From an uncultured Clostridiaceae bacterium (GTDB lineage Bacteria; Bacillota; Clostridia; JAAYHZ01): a stretch of DNA of 63,176 nucleotides. Below, piece by piece: positions 29,662-39,450 of the stretch. Made by a program: the position numbers and the translations under genes. The notes beneath the pieces were generated by a model. That model had not been told where the DNA came from. It made no database searches and saw only the letters and a program-made list of their open reading frames with translations. The stretch is from assembly GCA_964547525.1 (NCBI GenBank), contig CAZJOD010000003.1:1-63176 (forward strand), written 5' to 3'. How positions within the stretch are numbered: position 1 is the stretch's first letter; each line of letters begins with the position of its first letter.

Positions 29662-30708
29662 TTATGTTTTCTGCCTTTTTGAATAAAATACCGTCATAAA
29701 CACTATTGCTCCTACAAAGGATGTTATAACTCCCACAGGAAGTTCTCTAGGACTTATAATTGTTCTGCTAATTAAGTCCGCCAATGTCATAAAAGACGCT
29801 CCGAAAAAAATAGATACAGGCAATAATCTTACATGGGACGGCCCTACCACACTTCTTGCAATATGAGGTACAGCCAGACCTACGAAGGCTATTGATCCGC
29901 AAGAAGCTACCGACACACCTACAATTATTGAAATCATTATCAATATGATTATTTTGGTTCTTTTGACATTGACACCTATGTATTTGGCTTGTTCCTCTCC
30001 GAAAGAAAAAGCATCCAGCTCCTTTGAATATCTGACAAGTACCAATGTGGCAATCAATATGATAGGAACAACAAAATTTACTTTGCTGAAACTTGTACCG
30101 GAAAACGACCCCATAGACCAGAAGACTATTTGCTTGGTTGCATTTTCATTTGATAACGCGATTATTAATGATGTAATACTTGCAGAAAACATGGAAAATA
30201 TAACACCTGTTAATATAATTGTATTTGTTGAGTAACTTTTATCTATTTTTTTCGAAAAACCAAGTATTACAAGAAATGATAAGAATCCGAACAGCATACT
30301 CATGATCATTATTCCAAATTGCGGTATAAAAGGTATCTGTATGCCCAATGCTATTGCTATTACCGCCCCTAAAGAGGCTCCTGACGCTATACCTAATGTG
30401 GAACCGTCAGCAAGGGGATTCTTTAATAACCCCTGAGCCGTTGCTCCTGCAATACTTAATCCCGCACCGATAAAACAAGTCAGTATTACTCTTGGAAGTC
30501 TTATATTTCCTATGATAATAATGGCAGAGTCAGATATCCCTTGTGTATTAATAAAAGCAAATATCTTATTCCCAATAATTTTACTTACATCAATAACGGA
30601 AATACCCACCGAGCCGAAAATGACAGCAGAAATAAAAACAATAATAAAAATTATCATTGACGATATCAATATACACTTGTATTTAGAAGTAGTTTTCAAA
30701 TTTAACAT
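29662..30708 (-). CDS. btuC: FecCD-family ABC permease (BtuC-like)
   Basis: 348-aa polytopic protein with RLPRVILTCFIGAGLSIAGA and PVGVITSFVGA motifs. Confidence 0.8.
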   Translation of the reverse strand: MLNLKTTSKYKCILISSMIIFIIVFISAVIFGSVGISVIDVSKIIGNKIFAFINTQGISDSAIIIIGNIRLPRVILTCFIGAGLSIAGATAQGLLKNPLADGSTLGIASGASLGAVIAIALGIQIPFIPQFGIMIMSMLFGFLSFLVILGFSKKIDKSYSTNTIILTGVIFSMFSASITSLIIALSNENATKQIVFWSMGSFSGTSFSKVNFVVPIILIATLVLVRYSKELDAFSFGEEQAKYIGVNVKRTKIIILIMISIIVGVSVASCGSIAFVGLAVPHIARSVVGPSHVRLLPVSIFFGASFMTLADLISRTIISPRELPVGVITSFVGAIVFMTVFYSKRQKT

Positions 30709-30797
30709 CTGTTCCCCTGACTACTTTTAGTATAATAATAAGGAATAAATATAGATGTAATCCGGGAGCCCATTGGCTCCCTTAATTACAAATATCA

Positions 30798-31712
30798 CTA
30801 CTCACCATAAACAGCTTCAAATATTTCTCTTGCAGAATCCAAAAGTCGCGGACCGGGACGTGCACTTGAATCAGAATCAATTAAAAACACCTTTTTATTC
30901 TTCACCGCATCTATTGTACTCCAATTCTTTCTTTCCAATATTTCATTTACGGAATTATTCACTCCATAAGATTGTCCTACAATAGTTAAAATGTATTGGG
31001 GATTCTTCTCAATTACAATTTCTTCCGACACTTCCGCCCAACCGTTTATATCTTCAAATACATTATTAATATTTAATAAACCAAAAATTTCCTGTATAAA
31101 CGTTCCTTTGCCGCAGGTCCATAATCCCCACTGTAAAGGGGAAACTTCAACATATAAATTCACAGGTGTTTTAGTTGCAGCTTTTGATTTTAATTCTTCA
31201 AATCCTAATTTCATATCATTTACTATTTTTTCCGCTTCAGCTGATTTATTGACTATTTTTCCTATAAAATTTATTGTTTGATAAGTATCTTCAATAGTTT
31301 GCGCATCACAAATAACAACTTTAATACCCGCATCCCTCAACTGTATAAAGTGTTCTTCGGTTTGCGCCATTTTGCCCATAAAAATAACATCCGGTTGTAG
31401 CATTATTATTTCTTCAAGGTTGGTATCCTGACCGCTTCCTACTTTCTTTTTATTATCCGTATCTTCAGGATAGTTGCTGTATGTACCGATAGCTACTAGT
31501 TTTTCACCTGCTCCTAATGCATAAATTATTTCTACGTCGCCGGGTTGTAAAGCTATTATCCTCTCAGGGATCTTATCAAAAGCAACTTCATTTCCAATAC
31601 TATCAATTATGGTAAAATCTCCGTCTTTAGGATTTGATAATTGATTGTTACATCCTGCCATTATTAAAACCATAATGCTTATTATTACTAAACATATTAA
31701 ATATTTTTTCAT
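30798..31712 (-). CDS. btuF: Periplasmic-binding-protein-type lipoprotein (BtuF-like corrinoid-binding protein)
   Basis: Signal peptide with MAGC lipobox. PERIIALQPGDVEIIYALG and PDVIF motifs typical of cluster-A SBPs. It is the first gene after the B12 riboswitch. Confidence 0.75.
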   Translation of the reverse strand: MKKYLICLVIISIMVLIMAGCNNQLSNPKDGDFTIIDSIGNEVAFDKIPERIIALQPGDVEIIYALGAGEKLVAIGTYSNYPEDTDNKKKVGSGQDTNLEEIIMLQPDVIFMGKMAQTEEHFIQLRDAGIKVVICDAQTIEDTYQTINFIGKIVNKSAEAEKIVNDMKLGFEELKSKAATKTPVNLYVEVSPLQWGLWTCGKGTFIQEIFGLLNINNVFEDINGWAEVSEEIVIEKNPQYILTIVGQSYGVNNSVNEILERKNWSTIDAVKNKKVFLIDSDSSARPGPRLLDSAREIFEAVYGE

Positions 31713-31840
31713 TATTATTTTCCTCCTATTTATTCTATTAACAAAAAAACAAAATCTTAGGTTTCATTACAATTATTACGTGTTTCCCTCCTTAATTTTA
31801 TTAATAATCAAATAAATAGATATGTTTCCTTTGATTACAA

Positions 31841-31873
31841 ACAAAAAGCCTGTTTTCATGAAGAAAGCAGGCT
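31841..31873 (-). terminator. Riboswitch expression-platform terminator
   Basis: Minus strand reads AGCCTGCTTTC-ttcat-GAAAACAGGCT followed by TTTTT. The stem is 11 bp including one G-U pair. Confidence 0.7.
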
Positions 31874-32100
31874 AAAACTCTAATACATATCATACTAATT
31901 ACTAGCATAATATACCCAAAGCCCTTTCTTTCACCCAGAAGAAACTTTTCATACAGGCATGTCTACCGGCTTAGCTTCATCCTACTTTAGCTCCTTCCCA
32001 TCATTTCTGACAGTGGATTACAGACCAATTCGTCGTTGCTATTTCGTTTGCTTCACGGTTGCTGGGGCAGCTTGAGCATTTAACTCAATTCCATATTAAG
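31874..32100 (-). promoter_or_regulatory. Cobalamin (AdoCbl) riboswitch aptamer
   Basis: The minus strand contains CTGCCCCAGCAACCGTGAAG, TCCACTG, TGGGAAGG and the B12-box AAGCCGGTAGACATGCC in canonical order. It lies upstream of the btuF-like gene. Boundaries are approximate. Confidence 0.85.
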
Positions 32101-32366
32101 CTAAAATTATCAATCAGATCTAATCTTTATAATTATCCGACTTATAATAAATGCACCTATATGCAAAACACTATTCATTTTATTGCCTCATTATGCCATA
32201 AGAAAAAATAATTTTCAAGATAAAAAACGTACAAATTTAGTAATTATATAATCAATCTAGCAAATTCACCTTATAAAATTGATAAATTCATCAATATTTT
32301 TTTATTCACCAATGCTATTAAAACCCGATCATTAGCTTCTACTTTTATCTTATCAAGTAAAAATTC

Positions 32367-34172
32367 CTAATTAAATCTTAAGATTTCATATTCACTATGA
32401 TCCCTCATATCATCAAGTATTAATTCTACAGAATAATTTTCTCCATTAAAAAAGACACTTCCCGTCACTTTTACATAAGAAAAATCCGTAGGCAAATCAC
32501 AGTATACATTAACGATACAGTTGGATAATGTTTGACCTATATAATGGAATACACCTTCAGAATCCACACTCGAAAAAACAGAAAACCCACCAATATTAAA
32601 TTCTCCAAACACAGCAAATTGAACATGAGCTTTTTTATCCTGATGTGATATGACAAACTCTATATTTTCTAAATCACCGGATTTCTCATAGATACCATTA
32701 TACATAGGAACAATTACAGTATAATAATCACCGTAATTTATATCCTCACCCCAAATGTTATCCACTTTCGGGAAATTAACTTTATTCGTAAACTCACTTG
32801 TCTCATGTCGGTTGTTGGTTTCATCACCATCAAATAATGCCATGGGTAGAATAATCATGCTTTTCCAGGTATCTTGGCCTTCAATTGCGTATACATCCTG
32901 AATATTGTTAACATAGATATTAGGATAAATTATGCGAGACTTTGTCACAGCTTGGATGGGAGTCCATTCATCATAGTAAATCCGGGGCGCAAAAAAGGGC
33001 AGCTCCTGAAAGTCACAGGTTGAAAACCTTTCCACCACATCGTTATATGCAATTTTTATAATCATAAAGGGCCAAGGTCTGAGAGTAATACCAAATCCAT
33101 AGTCCTCTATCGATCCTTCTGTTGTATAAAACAATTTAGATATATCATATATATCACGTTTTTCAATTTTTTCTATAAGCTCTTTGTAAAAATCGTCTAG
33201 CTCTTTCACATTAAACGAATTGGTGTTTATATCATAAAAATGTTCATAACCTTCTAAAAACCCACCGTGTGGATTCAAGAATAACGAAGCGTCATTATGA
33301 ATTGTTTCCATGATTTTTGCAGAAAACGCCTTTCTTTCTTTTTCACCAAAACTGTATAAATTGTTGTAAAAATACATTAGCGTGTAATAAAAATTTTCGC
33401 CGTTGTAAATTTGATCAAAAGGATCTGATGTGTTTGCAATGCTAACAGGTGTATGCCAAATATCATACCTATCGGCATCAAAGGTATATCGGTCTTTTGC
33501 GATTATTTCAACGTCCGATTTATCAGCCGTTTCTTTATAATAGGTAATGACAAAGTCCAAAAGAGTTCCTTGTATTTCACTTTTAATATTGTATGTATCT
33601 TCATAAAAGGATACTTCACTTGTCAACAGGATATCTGCAGCCATCTCTTCCAAATAATAACCTGTATAATAATATAAGCTCATATATAAATCGCTTAAAC
33701 CCGTCCCCCCTGATTTGGCTTCATGGACTAAAAATCCATCTTTTATATAGAACATATTCCCGTATTTCGCCAGTGGTATATAGGTTGATATTTCTCTTAT
33801 CACACCGTCCTCTAACATTAAAACAATTGCACCGGCTAGTTTCCCTTCACCATAAGAAGAGGAAAAAATAACTTCATCTTGACCGTTTCCGGTAATATCT
33901 AATGATGTCTTATGCCAAACCTTATAATCATCTAATGAAAACTCAGGATAGTTTGATTGAATATACTGCCACATATATTCATCGTTCATAATCGTATCTT
34001 TAGATGAAATCTTGTTATCCGTCGTTGGTTCTGTTTGTGTTTTTGCTGTTGTAGTCACCTCATTGTAGGGTAGCGAAGTATCCTCTACCTTTGATCCTTC
34101 AGTATCACTTGAAGAGCAACTCACAAAAACGGTTACCATAAAAATCAGTAAAATAATTGAGATTCTTTTCAT
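32367..34172 (-). CDS. Hypothetical lipoprotein
   Basis: 601 aa. Signal peptide plus VFVSC lipobox, then a Thr/Ser-rich linker. No confident domain. One FG-GAP/VCBS-like stretch is present (DITGNGQDEVIF). Confidence 0.5.
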   Translation of the reverse strand: MKRISIILLIFMVTVFVSCSSSDTEGSKVEDTSLPYNEVTTTAKTQTEPTTDNKISSKDTIMNDEYMWQYIQSNYPEFSLDDYKVWHKTSLDITGNGQDEVIFSSSYGEGKLAGAIVLMLEDGVIREISTYIPLAKYGNMFYIKDGFLVHEAKSGGTGLSDLYMSLYYYTGYYLEEMAADILLTSEVSFYEDTYNIKSEIQGTLLDFVITYYKETADKSDVEIIAKDRYTFDADRYDIWHTPVSIANTSDPFDQIYNGENFYYTLMYFYNNLYSFGEKERKAFSAKIMETIHNDASLFLNPHGGFLEGYEHFYDINTNSFNVKELDDFYKELIEKIEKRDIYDISKLFYTTEGSIEDYGFGITLRPWPFMIIKIAYNDVVERFSTCDFQELPFFAPRIYYDEWTPIQAVTKSRIIYPNIYVNNIQDVYAIEGQDTWKSMIILPMALFDGDETNNRHETSEFTNKVNFPKVDNIWGEDINYGDYYTVIVPMYNGIYEKSGDLENIEFVISHQDKKAHVQFAVFGEFNIGGFSVFSSVDSEGVFHYIGQTLSNCIVNVYCDLPTDFSYVKVTGSVFFNGENYSVELILDDMRDHSEYEILRFN

Positions 34173-34240
34173 TTTCCTTAATCACTTTCATTTGTTTAAA
34201 ACAAGAATTTATTTTACATGATAAATGATAACAGGATAAA

Positions 34241-34420
34241 TTACAAGTAATAATTGGAATCCGAGAGTACATTATACCGTTCAATCTCTATGCCTTTTTT
34301 CTTTAAGTTATTCGATGTAGTCGAAAATCTTAATAGTTCAGGGTCAACACTAACTCCGCAGAGACCAGTCGGGCAACACATGGCCGGTTTATAAATTATT
34401 ATCTTTTTTATATTAAACAT
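34241..34420 (-). pseudogene. arsD: Truncated arsD (arsenic metallochaperone/repressor), 59 codons, absent from the ORF track
   Basis: My own translation: MFNIKKIIIYKPAMCCPTGLCGVSVDPELLRFSTTSNNLKKKGIEIERYNVLSDSNYYL*. It keeps the ArsD PAMCCxTGxCG metal site but is about half the normal ~120-aa length. AAAGAGGAG RBS. It starts 11 nt after the acr3 stop. Confidence 0.7.
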
Positions 34421-34430
34421 CTCCTCTTTA

Positions 34431-35504
34431 TTATTTTATTTTTATTGTTTCTGCCGATGGCTGCGGAAACCAATGAGTAGTTTTATTAGCTATTCTAACA
34501 AGCGTCAACATAACAGGCACTTCAACAAGAACACCAACTATAGTCGCTAATGCAACAGGAGATGTCGGCCCAAAAAGAGCTATCGCTACAGCTACCGAAA
34601 GTTCAAAGAAATTTGATGCTCCAATCATTCCGGCCGGTGCTGCAACGGAATGTGATAGCTTTAATGTTTTCGCTGCCAGATAAGCTACAAAGAAGATTAA
34701 AAACGTCTGAATCGTTAGTGGAATTGCGATCAATAAAATGTGCAATGGATTTTGTAGTATTACATCTCCTTGGAATGAAAATATTATAATCAGTGTTAAA
34801 AGCAATCCAACCACAGTTACATTGTTAAACTTAGGAATAAAAGATGTGTTAAAATATTCCTCTCCTTTATTTTTAACAACTGAGACACGTGTCAAAATTC
34901 CTGCGACAAGAGGTATTACCACAAATAAAACAACGGATAAAATAAGCGTCTCCCAAGGTACTTTTACTCCGCTTACACCTAATAAAAATGCTACAATCGG
35001 AGTAAATGCAATTAGTATGATTAAATCGTTCGTGGCAACTTGAACGACTGTATAGGCCGGATTACCTTTTGTCAAATGGCTCCATACAAATACCATAGCT
35101 GTACATGGTGCCGCTCCAAGTAAAACTGCACCTGCTAAATAGTCCTTTGCTAAATCTGCCGGAATAATCGCCTTGAATACAATAAAAAAGAAGAATGATG
35201 CTATTCCAAACATGGTAAATGGCTTAATAAGCCAGTTTACTATCCAAGTAACAAATAATCCCTTAGGATTTTTCCCTACATTCTTTATGCTTTGAAAATC
35301 GACCTTCATCATCATTGGATAAATCATAATCCAAATAAGTATTGCAATAGGTATTGATACGTTTGCTTTTTCAAACTGCCCTAGAAATTCCGGTACAGCC
35401 GGTGTAAATTTCCCTATCAATATCCCCACTACCATACATAGTACTACCCATAATGTTAGGTACTTTTCAAAAAAACCTATTCCTGTTGCTTTTTTATCGC
35501 TCAT
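34431..35504 (-). CDS. acr3: ACR3-family arsenite efflux permease
   Basis: IGFFEKYLTLWV N-terminus and a polytopic body with the conserved GAAPCTAMV cysteine motif. The start is set at ATG 35504 (GGAGTGA upstream). The track ORF extends to 35513. Confidence 0.85.
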   Translation of the reverse strand: MSDKKATGIGFFEKYLTLWVVLCMVVGILIGKFTPAVPEFLGQFEKANVSIPIAILIWIMIYPMMMKVDFQSIKNVGKNPKGLFVTWIVNWLIKPFTMFGIASFFFFIVFKAIIPADLAKDYLAGAVLLGAAPCTAMVFVWSHLTKGNPAYTVVQVATNDLIILIAFTPIVAFLLGVSGVKVPWETLILSVVLFVVIPLVAGILTRVSVVKNKGEEYFNTSFIPKFNNVTVVGLLLTLIIIFSFQGDVILQNPLHILLIAIPLTIQTFLIFFVAYLAAKTLKLSHSVAAPAGMIGASNFFELSVAVAIALFGPTSPVALATIVGVLVEVPVMLTLVRIANKTTHWFPQPSAETIKIK

Positions 35505-35571
35505 AATAATCACTCCATAAATTCAAACTTGGGATTTATTTTTATTTATAAATTTTTTATCAATATCTACT

Positions 35572-35910
35572 TTAAGTTTTCAAATTGCAAATGTTTTCAA
35601 GTTTACAAATTTCCATACGATTAAAATCTTCTTGATAGCTTGACAACTTTTTTAATTTTTCTTCAAGGTAGAACCATAAATGTTGATTTTCTCGAATAAA
35701 ATCTTCATTAATTTTATAGTATACCCATTGTGCCTGCTTATAACTGTCTAATAAACCACTGTTTTTAAGAGCAGATAAATGACGTGATATATTCGATTGT
35801 TTTAGCTTGAGACAATTTTCAATTTCACATACACACAAATCGTTCTGTAGAAGAAGCGACAAGATACGAAGTCTACTTTCTTCTGCTAAAGCCTTAAATA
35901 ATTCAACCAC
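35572..35910 (-). CDS. arsR: ArsR/SmtB-family metalloregulator
   Basis: LFKALAEESRLRILSLL...LCVCEI (CVC metal site), wHTH. The start is probably GTG 35910, 6 nt after AGGAGG. The track ORF extends to 35919. Confidence 0.85.
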   Translation of the reverse strand: MVELFKALAEESRLRILSLLLQNDLCVCEIENCLKLKQSNISRHLSALKNSGLLDSYKQAQWVYYKINEDFIRENQHLWFYLEEKLKKLSSYQEDFNRMEICKLENICNLKT

Positions 35911-35950
35911 ACTTTGCACCTCCTGTTTATGTATTATTATATGCTCATTA

Positions 35951-36009
35951 ACTCATATACGTGTTAAAAAAAATAGCCATATTCGTATATGAGTGTTTAC
36001 TCATATACC
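35951..36009 (-). promoter_or_regulatory. Candidate ArsR operator: inverted repeat plus a third copy of ACTCATATAC
   Basis: ACTCATATACG (35951-35961) and its reverse complement CGTATATGAGT (35984-35994). A third direct copy ACTCATATACC is at 35999-36009. The array lies 40-100 nt upstream of arsR. Confidence 0.35.
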
Positions 36010-36248
36010 ATAACGCACAAAAAACTATCTCGTCAATAGCCTTTTGTAAAAATTGTATTTTGGCTTCTATCAATATTGTTATAGTATCGTGATTCCCTTC
36101 ATAAAAACGAAGTGGGGGTAAAAATGTCTTTTATATTTTGGATCTTGGATTTGTCTTCCAATGAGGGCGAAATCTGTTCTTATTAACGACCGCTACCCTG
36201 TGCACTTACCCGTAGTAAAACCCCTAATCTTTTAATCCTTGAACAGTA

Positions 36249-36785
36249 TCACAATGTCTTAGAACGTACCAAATCAACAATAGGTTTGATGCATTCTTTG
36301 TCAGCCCAATCTTGGTTGGTGTCTATGGCTTCCATGAGCGCTTTCTCCCAAGGTTCAAGGGTGTTCGAATCTTTTTTGGCAACCATCTTTTTAAGCATGT
36401 TGCACATTGTTCGATCTGTAAATGTCATCTTGTCTTGATCCCAAGCACCTCTGAAATAGAAAAAAGGGATCATGTCCATAGGAGACTTTAAATTGTGTTC
36501 CTTTATTTCCCGAAACGCTTTTTGTTCATATGGGGAAGCACCTACTGCAAATACTATAAGTGTCTTGTTTTTTAGTTTTTCATAGTTTTTCTTTAAAAAA
36601 GACAATCCTGCAATACCTGAAGCATAAAGCCCGCCACCAATGATACAAACATCATATTTTTCCACTTGCTCAATCTTTGCTTCTTTTGTTTTTATCAAGT
36701 CACAGGAAAGCTCTTCAGCCAGCCAGCCGGCATATTTTTCGGTAGATCCATATTTGGATTGATAAATCACTACAATTTTACTCAT
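36249..36785 (-). CDS. Flavodoxin-domain protein
   Basis: KIVVIYQSKYGSTEKYA flavodoxin-type phosphate-binding loop. The start is set at ATG 36785 behind AAAGGGGG. The track ORF extends to 36812. Confidence 0.65.
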   Translation of the reverse strand: MSKIVVIYQSKYGSTEKYAGWLAEELSCDLIKTKEAKIEQVEKYDVCIIGGGLYASGIAGLSFLKKNYEKLKNKTLIVFAVGASPYEQKAFREIKEHNLKSPMDMIPFFYFRGAWDQDKMTFTDRTMCNMLKKMVAKKDSNTLEPWEKALMEAIDTNQDWADKECIKPIVDLVRSKTL

Positions 36786-36813
36786 ACAAAAACCCCCTTT
36801 TATTTGATGCAAG

Positions 36814-37716
36814 TTATAAGTTTACGAAAGGCGCTACCATATAACCTCTTCTTTCAAGTTGCTCTTTTTCGGTTTCATTTGCCCATTTTTGTAACCGCTT
36901 CGGCAAGGGCAGATAATAGGTGATTTCCGGATGATAGCGTATAAAAGCCTCAGCATACCCGGTATTCATTCTATTTCCATTGGTACCAAAGGATGTCTCA
37001 ACAGATTTTTTAGCATAGTTTCCGTTATATTGCTGACTGACCATACAGCTTCTGGCCCGGGTGATTTCCGTAACCACATCCGATACATCCACAAATAAAT
37101 CACAATAACAAGATGTGTCCACATCTAATGCAGAAGGCTTTATATTGAAATTATCAGGTGATGTAAATAACAATTGTGGCGTTCTATGTGCAGGATGAGG
37201 ATCGTCAAAGTCCACACTACCGGCAAACTGCATGGCATGAACCACCATGGTGCCCACTTGAGCATGCTGTCCGATACCCAAATTCATCATCGGATAGTGT
37301 GTTATCAATATGTCCGGTCGTACTTTTCTGATCAGTTTGGCCAATTCAATAATGTTTGGTTCGTTGACCAAATTAATCTTGTCTTCAATGTTCATAAATC
37401 TAACATCATCAATACCTAAGATGGTGCAAGCATTCATGACTTCACGTAATTTTACCGCTACCCTGTCATCTTTGATGGCATCTGCTTCTTCTTTGGCATA
37501 TCCGCCGCCTGAGAATCGTAATTTATCCGAAACAACGGCATCGTGTATCCTCACACCTTGCAAAGCAGCCACCAAGGTCACTTTATCTCCTCTTCTTACA
37601 TGGTGACACAATGTGCCTCCGCAATGATCAAACGTGTCAGCCGGATGAGCCATAATAGCCATGATTTGTATCGGCTCTTCCACATATCCTTCCATTTTGT
37701 CTGAAAAATCAACCAT
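36814..37716 (-). CDS. PIG-L/LmbE-family deacetylase
   Basis: IMAHPADTFDHCGG (AHPDD-like zinc motif) and ILITHYP. Confidence 0.6.
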   Translation of the reverse strand: MVDFSDKMEGYVEEPIQIMAIMAHPADTFDHCGGTLCHHVRRGDKVTLVAALQGVRIHDAVVSDKLRFSGGGYAKEEADAIKDDRVAVKLREVMNACTILGIDDVRFMNIEDKINLVNEPNIIELAKLIRKVRPDILITHYPMMNLGIGQHAQVGTMVVHAMQFAGSVDFDDPHPAHRTPQLLFTSPDNFNIKPSALDVDTSCYCDLFVDVSDVVTEITRARSCMVSQQYNGNYAKKSVETSFGTNGNRMNTGYAEAFIRYHPEITYYLPLPKRLQKWANETEKEQLERRGYMVAPFVNL

Positions 37717-37748
37717 ACACTATCTCCTACTCTACCTTTAAAATAAAT

Positions 37749-38567
37749 TTATTCGGCAATGAAACGCTCTAAAAGTTCCTTTGCTTTTTTAATGTCTTCT
37801 ATTTGTTTGTCACCGGAAATTTCTCTTTCAATGGTGATCGACCCGGTATAACCTATATCTTTTAATTTTTTGATAAAAAGATCGTATTGAACTCGTCCTT
37901 CCCCTAAGGGTTTTTCTTTCCCCAAATGGTATCCGTCTGTGGGATATTCACCGTCTTTTCCGTGAACACCTTTCACATAAGGCCCCAATATATCCAGTGC
38001 ATCTACGGGATTGGCTTTTCCGTACATCAGCAAATTGGCAGGATCCAAATTCACGCCTACATTCGGAAGACCGATGTCATCTATGGTTCGTTTTAATGTA
38101 ATGGGCGTTTCTTGACCTGTTTCAAAAAGAAAGTTTTGATTTCTTGAATGATAGATTCGAATGATGTATTGCAGTGAAGCGATGAAACTCTTATAGTTTT
38201 CATCCGCCGGATTTTCCGGTATGTAACCACAGTGGGTTACAATATCGGTTACACCAAGCTTTTGAGCAAATACGGAATGAGCCAACATGGCATCCATTCT
38301 TTGGGCACGATATTCTTTTGGTACCAGTCCCAGTGTTAAAGGACCTTGCACAAAATCCCACACTTTAGGACCGGACCAGCCCCCCCACAATGCAGTAATG
38401 GTTATACCATGATCTCTTGTCGCCTTTGATATAATATCCAATGCTTGCTCATCAATCACATCAGGATTCCATATGGAAAGCTGACAAGTCGAAATTCCTA
38501 TTTGTTTTAAAGTTTCACATTTCGTACCTATGTTTTTTTCATATCCAATGATAACACCAAGCTTCAT
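37749..38567 (-). CDS. Sugar phosphate isomerase/epimerase (xylose-isomerase-like TIM barrel)
   Basis: FLFETGQE, VGVNLDPANL, VHGKDG and ITIERE motifs. Confidence 0.7.
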   Translation of the reverse strand: MKLGVIIGYEKNIGTKCETLKQIGISTCQLSIWNPDVIDEQALDIISKATRDHGITITALWGGWSGPKVWDFVQGPLTLGLVPKEYRAQRMDAMLAHSVFAQKLGVTDIVTHCGYIPENPADENYKSFIASLQYIIRIYHSRNQNFLFETGQETPITLKRTIDDIGLPNVGVNLDPANLLMYGKANPVDALDILGPYVKGVHGKDGEYPTDGYHLGKEKPLGEGRVQYDLFIKKLKDIGYTGSITIEREISGDKQIEDIKKAKELLERFIAE

Positions 38568-38622
38568 AAAGGTTCACCTCTTCTTCCTGTTATTTCTTAT
38601 TATATCGTATACAATAAGAAAA

Positions 38623-39414
38623 CTACTCTTTTCTTGATGATTTTCTTACTCTTTTGGGCTTCTCCAAAGCAACAGGTTGTTGATCCATCGCTTCAAGCTC
38701 CAACCCGAACATATTTCCTATGTCCGAATCATCCAGAACTCGATTGCTTTTTACGTCGGCCTTTTCCAGCAATCCTTCGGTATTCTTACGAATAACTTCG
38801 GAAATAAGCTCTTCCATTTTTATATTTCGCAATTTAAAAAAGATGGCAGGGTCGGTATCAAGCCTTGCACCTATACCGTAAAAAACTGCAGCCACATGCT
38901 TGCACATGATAGCCCAATCCGGGCAGCTGCACTCCATGGAGATTTCTTTAGGGGTTGGAAACAATCCGGTTCCTTTGGCTGTAAACAAATCAGACAGAGC
39001 TTCCGGGAACTTTCCCTCAATCAATTCCTGAAGAGTTTCTATTTTCCCCTGGCAATTTTTTTTAATATCACTCCAAACTTTTTCGTTTAATGGGGTAATT
39101 TCGATGTTCACTTTATAAGGTTTTGCTCTACTTCCTTGCACCAAGGCGTCCACTACGCCTTCATGTATTTTAAGATCTAAAATAGAGCCGTTTCTTGCAT
39201 AGGTTTTTCCCCTGTCAATTCGATTGACATAATCGGAATACTTGGTTAAGTTTTCATTCCAAGCCGTTCCCCACCAAGTGACCGCAAGCTTCCTTCCTTG
39301 AATGACAACCGGTTGCAATTCCTCTTTTTTCTTTTTTAATTTTTCTATTGATTTTTGAGCCTTTTGTTTCACTTCCGAAGCAGTTGTATATTTTGGAAAA
39401 TCTCTAGAAGACAT
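38623..39414 (-). CDS. SWIM zinc-finger protein
   Basis: CSCPDWAIMCKHVAAV fits the CxCxnCxH SWIM signature. AAGAGGTGA RBS. It starts 36 nt downstream of the SNF2 gene. Confidence 0.8.
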   Translation of the reverse strand: MSSRDFPKYTTASEVKQKAQKSIEKLKKKKEELQPVVIQGRKLAVTWWGTAWNENLTKYSDYVNRIDRGKTYARNGSILDLKIHEGVVDALVQGSRAKPYKVNIEITPLNEKVWSDIKKNCQGKIETLQELIEGKFPEALSDLFTAKGTGLFPTPKEISMECSCPDWAIMCKHVAAVFYGIGARLDTDPAIFFKLRNIKMEELISEVIRKNTEGLLEKADVKSNRVLDDSDIGNMFGLELEAMDQQPVALEKPKRVRKSSRKE

Positions 39415-39450
39415 ATTTTCACCTCTTCTTACACATTATACTATATTTAT

